Assembly (NCBI GenBank): GCA_036012755.1
Contig: DASCPX010000138.1
Span: forward strand, 1 to 53,727
From: Myxococcota bacterium
GTDB taxonomy: Bacteria > Myxococcota_A > UBA796 > CAJQPC01
Direction of reading: 5' to 3'
Length of the DNA: 53,727 nucleotides
A program made the position numbers and the translations under genes. Below the pieces are notes generated by a model. The model was given only the letters and a program-made list of their open reading frames with translations, was not told the DNA's origin and ran no database searches. Below, in pieces: positions 50,972 to 53,727 of this stretch. Every line of letters starts with the position of its first letter. Within the stretch, counting starts at the first letter, position 1.

Positions 50972-53575
50972 GTGGACGAGTACCTCGAAGAGCTGAAGCG
51001 CCAGCGCGCAGTTCGCCTGCTGGTCCCGCTCTTCTTCGTCTCCGGCCTCACCGCCCTGGTCTACCAGACCATCTGGGCCCGACAGCTGCAGCTGATCTTC
51101 GGCACTTCCCAGTTCGCCATCGCGACCGTGCTCGCTGCGTTCATGGCAGGGCTTGCCGCCGGGGGCTTCCTCATGGCGCGGTATGCGGACCGCGCCCAGC
51201 GGCCGCTGTTGATCTATGGCGCGCTCGAGATCTTCATCGGCCTCTATGCCCTGGTCTTCCCCAAGCTCCTCGATGCTGCCACGCCGCTCTACCTGGGCTT
51301 CTACGAGGCCGCTTCGCCCACGCCGCTGGTCTTCGCCGTCTTCCAGTTCCTCGTCATCGGCGTTCTGTTGCTGGCGCCGACGACCTGTATGGGTGCGACC
51401 CTCCCGCTGCTCGGGCGCTTCGTCACCGGGCGCGTCGGGGCCGCCGGCGATCGGATCGGTATGCTCTACGGCGTCAACACCTTCGGCGCTGTCGTCGGTA
51501 TCGGCATCGCCGGGTTCTTCCTGCTGCCCGCTCTCGGGCTCGCCGCCACCACGGCCATGGCGGCCGTCGCGAACGTGGCCCTCGGGAGCGCCGCGATCGC
51601 CCTGTCCCGTTGGCACGGGGAGGGGCAGGTTCCGCACATCGAGCGTGACATCGAGACCGAGCCTTCACTCAGCCTCCGACCGGTGCTCCTGGTTGCGGTC
51701 CTCACGGGCTTTGCCGCGCTCGTCTACGAGGTCAGCTGGTTCCGGCTCATGGGTCTTGTCCTGGGAGGCAGCACCTACGCCTTCTCGGTGATGCTGCTCG
51801 CCTTTCTCACGGGCATCGCAGGCGGGGGGTGGGCCGGTGGACCCATCGCGGACCGCCTGCTGCAGCGCCGGGGGCCTGGCGGACCACTGCTCGGGCTGGC
51901 CATCGTCCAGGCTGGGATCGCCGCGCTGACGTGGCTGATGATGCACCTCTACGAGGATCTGCCGTTTCTGTTCCTGGCGCTCTTCGACTCCGCCGAGCGC
52001 TACGACGCCTCCATGTTCCCCTTCAAGATCGGGCTCGCGGCCCTGGTCATGACACCACCGGCGTTGCTCATGGGTGCGAGCTTCCCGCTGATGGTCCGTG
52101 CCGTGGTCGGCGGGAGCGACGGCGCTCTCGGCAGGCCCGTCGGCCAGGTCTACGGCGCGAACACGCTGGGCTCCATCGCGGGTGCCTTCGCCGGCGGCTT
52201 CCTGCTGCTCCCCCAGCTGAACATCGTCGGCACGGTGCTGTCCGCCAACGGAGCGAACATCGCCGCGGCCCTCGTCGCCTACACCGCTGCGATGCACGCT
52301 GCGAGGAAGGTCTCGCGGAGCGCCCAGGCTGCATGGACAGTCACCGGCGTGGCGGTCCTGTGGCTCGCGGCGATGTTCCCGCCCAGCTGGAACCCGCTCT
52401 TGATGACCTCGGGCGTCTACAAGTACGCCTCGGAGCTCAGCGATCGCAGCCGCTCTGGGCTGATGGCGTTCGCGGTCGACGACTACCAGCTGCTCTTCTA
52501 CGACGAAGGCCTCAGCACCGTCGTCACGGTCGCTCAGTCGAAGGTCAGCGGCAACATCTGGCTCGCCAACAACGGCAAGGTCGACGCCAGCACCACGGTC
52601 GACATGCCGACGCAGGTCCTCGTCTCCCACCTGCCCTTCCTCTTCGCCGATGAGCCCACCAGCGCCGTCGTCATCGGCCTGGCCAGCGGCATCACCCTGG
52701 GCTCGGTGACCCTCTACGAGGAGCTGGAGGAGATCCAGGTCGTGGAGCTCGAGCCCTCCATCGTCGAGGCCAGCCACTACTTCGACGACTACAACCATCG
52801 GCCGTTGGAGGATCCCCGCGTCGAGATGGTCGCCAACGACGGCCGAAACCACCTCCTGCTGCAGCCACCCGAGCGCTACGACGTGATCGTCGCCGAGCCC
52901 AGCAACCCCTGGCTCACCGGAGTCTCCAACCTCTTCACCCGGGACTTCTGGGTGATGGGCAGAGAGCGCCTCAAGCCCGGGGGTGTCTGGTCCCAGTGGG
53001 TGCAGCTCTACGGGATGTCGCCAGACGACCTGAGGAGCCTGTTGGCGACCTTCGCTGACGTCTTCCCGCACGTCCTTCTCTTCGCGACCATCGAGGACGC
53101 CGACCTGGTCCTCCTCGGCAGCGAGGATCCGCTCGTCCTCTCCGTCGAGGGAGCGCGCCGCTTGCTCGACGATCACGCCGGGGTCGCAGCCGAGCTCCGG
53201 CTCGTGGGCATCAAGAGACCCCACGACGTGCTCACCTTCTACCAGTTCGGGCGGGAGGAGATCCTGGAGGTCGCCGGGGACGTCGAGTTCAACACCGACG
53301 ACAACATGCGCGTCGAGTACTCCGCCCCCCGCCACCTGCACTCGGAGACCAGCCAGGAGAACTTCCTGCTCCTGCTGCCGAAGTCCCGGTCTGCCGAGAT
53401 CGACGGGGTCGAGGACAACATCCTCCTCGCAGAGGCCTACGGGCGCCGCGGCGAGAACGTCCGCGCCCTGGTCTGCCTCAAGCGCATCACGGACGTCGAT
53501 CCCGAGCACGAAGAAGCCGTGGCGCTGACCAGGAAGTACGCGGAGAAGCTCGCCGAGGAGCTCGGAGAGCTCTAG
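50972..53575 (+). CDS. Fused MFS-like membrane domain / spermidine-synthase-like SAM-dependent domain
   Basis: Duplicated TM blocks (SG..ALVYQ/YE, MGA.LP/FP), NGKVDAS, VIGLASG, VELEP, DGR and EPSNPW. Confidence 0.9.
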   Translation: MDEYLEELKRQRAVRLLVPLFFVSGLTALVYQTIWARQLQLIFGTSQFAIATVLAAFMAGLAAGGFLMARYADRAQRPLLIYGALEIFIGLYALVFPKLLDAATPLYLGFYEAASPTPLVFAVFQFLVIGVLLLAPTTCMGATLPLLGRFVTGRVGAAGDRIGMLYGVNTFGAVVGIGIAGFFLLPALGLAATTAMAAVANVALGSAAIALSRWHGEGQVPHIERDIETEPSLSLRPVLLVAVLTGFAALVYEVSWFRLMGLVLGGSTYAFSVMLLAFLTGIAGGGWAGGPIADRLLQRRGPGGPLLGLAIVQAGIAALTWLMMHLYEDLPFLFLALFDSAERYDASMFPFKIGLAALVMTPPALLMGASFPLMVRAVVGGSDGALGRPVGQVYGANTLGSIAGAFAGGFLLLPQLNIVGTVLSANGANIAAALVAYTAAMHAARKVSRSAQAAWTVTGVAVLWLAAMFPPSWNPLLMTSGVYKYASELSDRSRSGLMAFAVDDYQLLFYDEGLSTVVTVAQSKVSGNIWLANNGKVDASTTVDMPTQVLVSHLPFLFADEPTSAVVIGLASGITLGSVTLYEELEEIQVVELEPSIVEASHYFDDYNHRPLEDPRVEMVANDGRNHLLLQPPERYDVIVAEPSNPWLTGVSNLFTRDFWVMGRERLKPGGVWSQWVQLYGMSPDDLRSLLATFADVFPHVLLFATIEDADLVLLGSEDPLVLSVEGARRLLDDHAGVAAELRLVGIKRPHDVLTFYQFGREEILEVAGDVEFNTDDNMRVEYSAPRHLHSETSQENFLLLLPKSRSAEIDGVEDNILLAEAYGRRGENVRALVCLKRITDVDPEHEEAVALTRKYAEKLAEELGEL

Positions 53576-53727
53576 CAGGCTGCTGAAGAACGTCCTGGTC
53601 GGCCATCGGCCGCCGCCAGCGGCGACGGCCGCCCCTACGGGCTCCTCGGTTGCTTGCCTCGGCAAGCGCCCTCGTCGTACGTCCAACCAGCACTCGCCTC
53701 CGCCGTCGTGGCCTCGGGAGCCTTCTT
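53575..53727. mobile_element. Probable MITE, truncated by the window edge
   Basis: Starts GCAGGCTGCTGAAGAA right at a CTAG; internal inverted repeats; window ends in TTCTT, the start of the reverse complement of the left end. Confidence 0.55.

Noticed and set aside
51665..53686. Long antisense ORFs (e.g. 673 aa here, and those opposite glyA, hutU and groEL)
   Set aside because: Expected stop-poor shadow frames in high-GC coding DNA; no independent motifs

Overview
GC-rich bacterial chromosome segment, most likely from a Myxococcota/deltaproteobacterial organism. That is inferred from a MYXO-CTERM-like sorting signal, a DUF4388-type protein and the acpP-fabF-rpiB-glyA-nrdR-rib-nusB gene order. 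Bases 1-~6270 are the right end of a tyrosine-integrase element inserted at the 3' end of tRNA-Glu(CTC), beside tRNA-Gln(CTG). Its cargo is a novel internally duplicated protein, two small secreted proteins, a tandem gamma-glutamylcyclotransferase, an RHH regulator and an excisionase-like HTH. The core genome includes: a long operon headed by a cysteine-less radical SAM/SPASM-like protein (yceD-rpmF-acpP-fabF-rpiB-glyA-nrdR-ribD-ribE-ribBX-ribH-nusB...); trpEGDCF-[antisense SGNH gene]-trpBA; iscA; a lipoprotein cluster; a phosphohexomutase; an ECF sigma factor; khpA; hutU; rpoZ; groES-groEL, each followed by a palindromic repeat family; an M4/M36 protease; a tetraheme cytochrome; a TPR protein with two ClpX-type zinc fingers; two orphan Flp-like pilins; an MFS/spermidine-synthase fusion; and a probable MITE cut by the right edge. 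The strongest leads are the recurring ultrashort, K/R-free signal peptides (e.g. MIWLLLA-C), the cofactor-less radical SAM protein, the stop-codon-anchored repeats in groE and the noncontiguous trp operon. All calls come from reading the sequence by eye; no searches were run.
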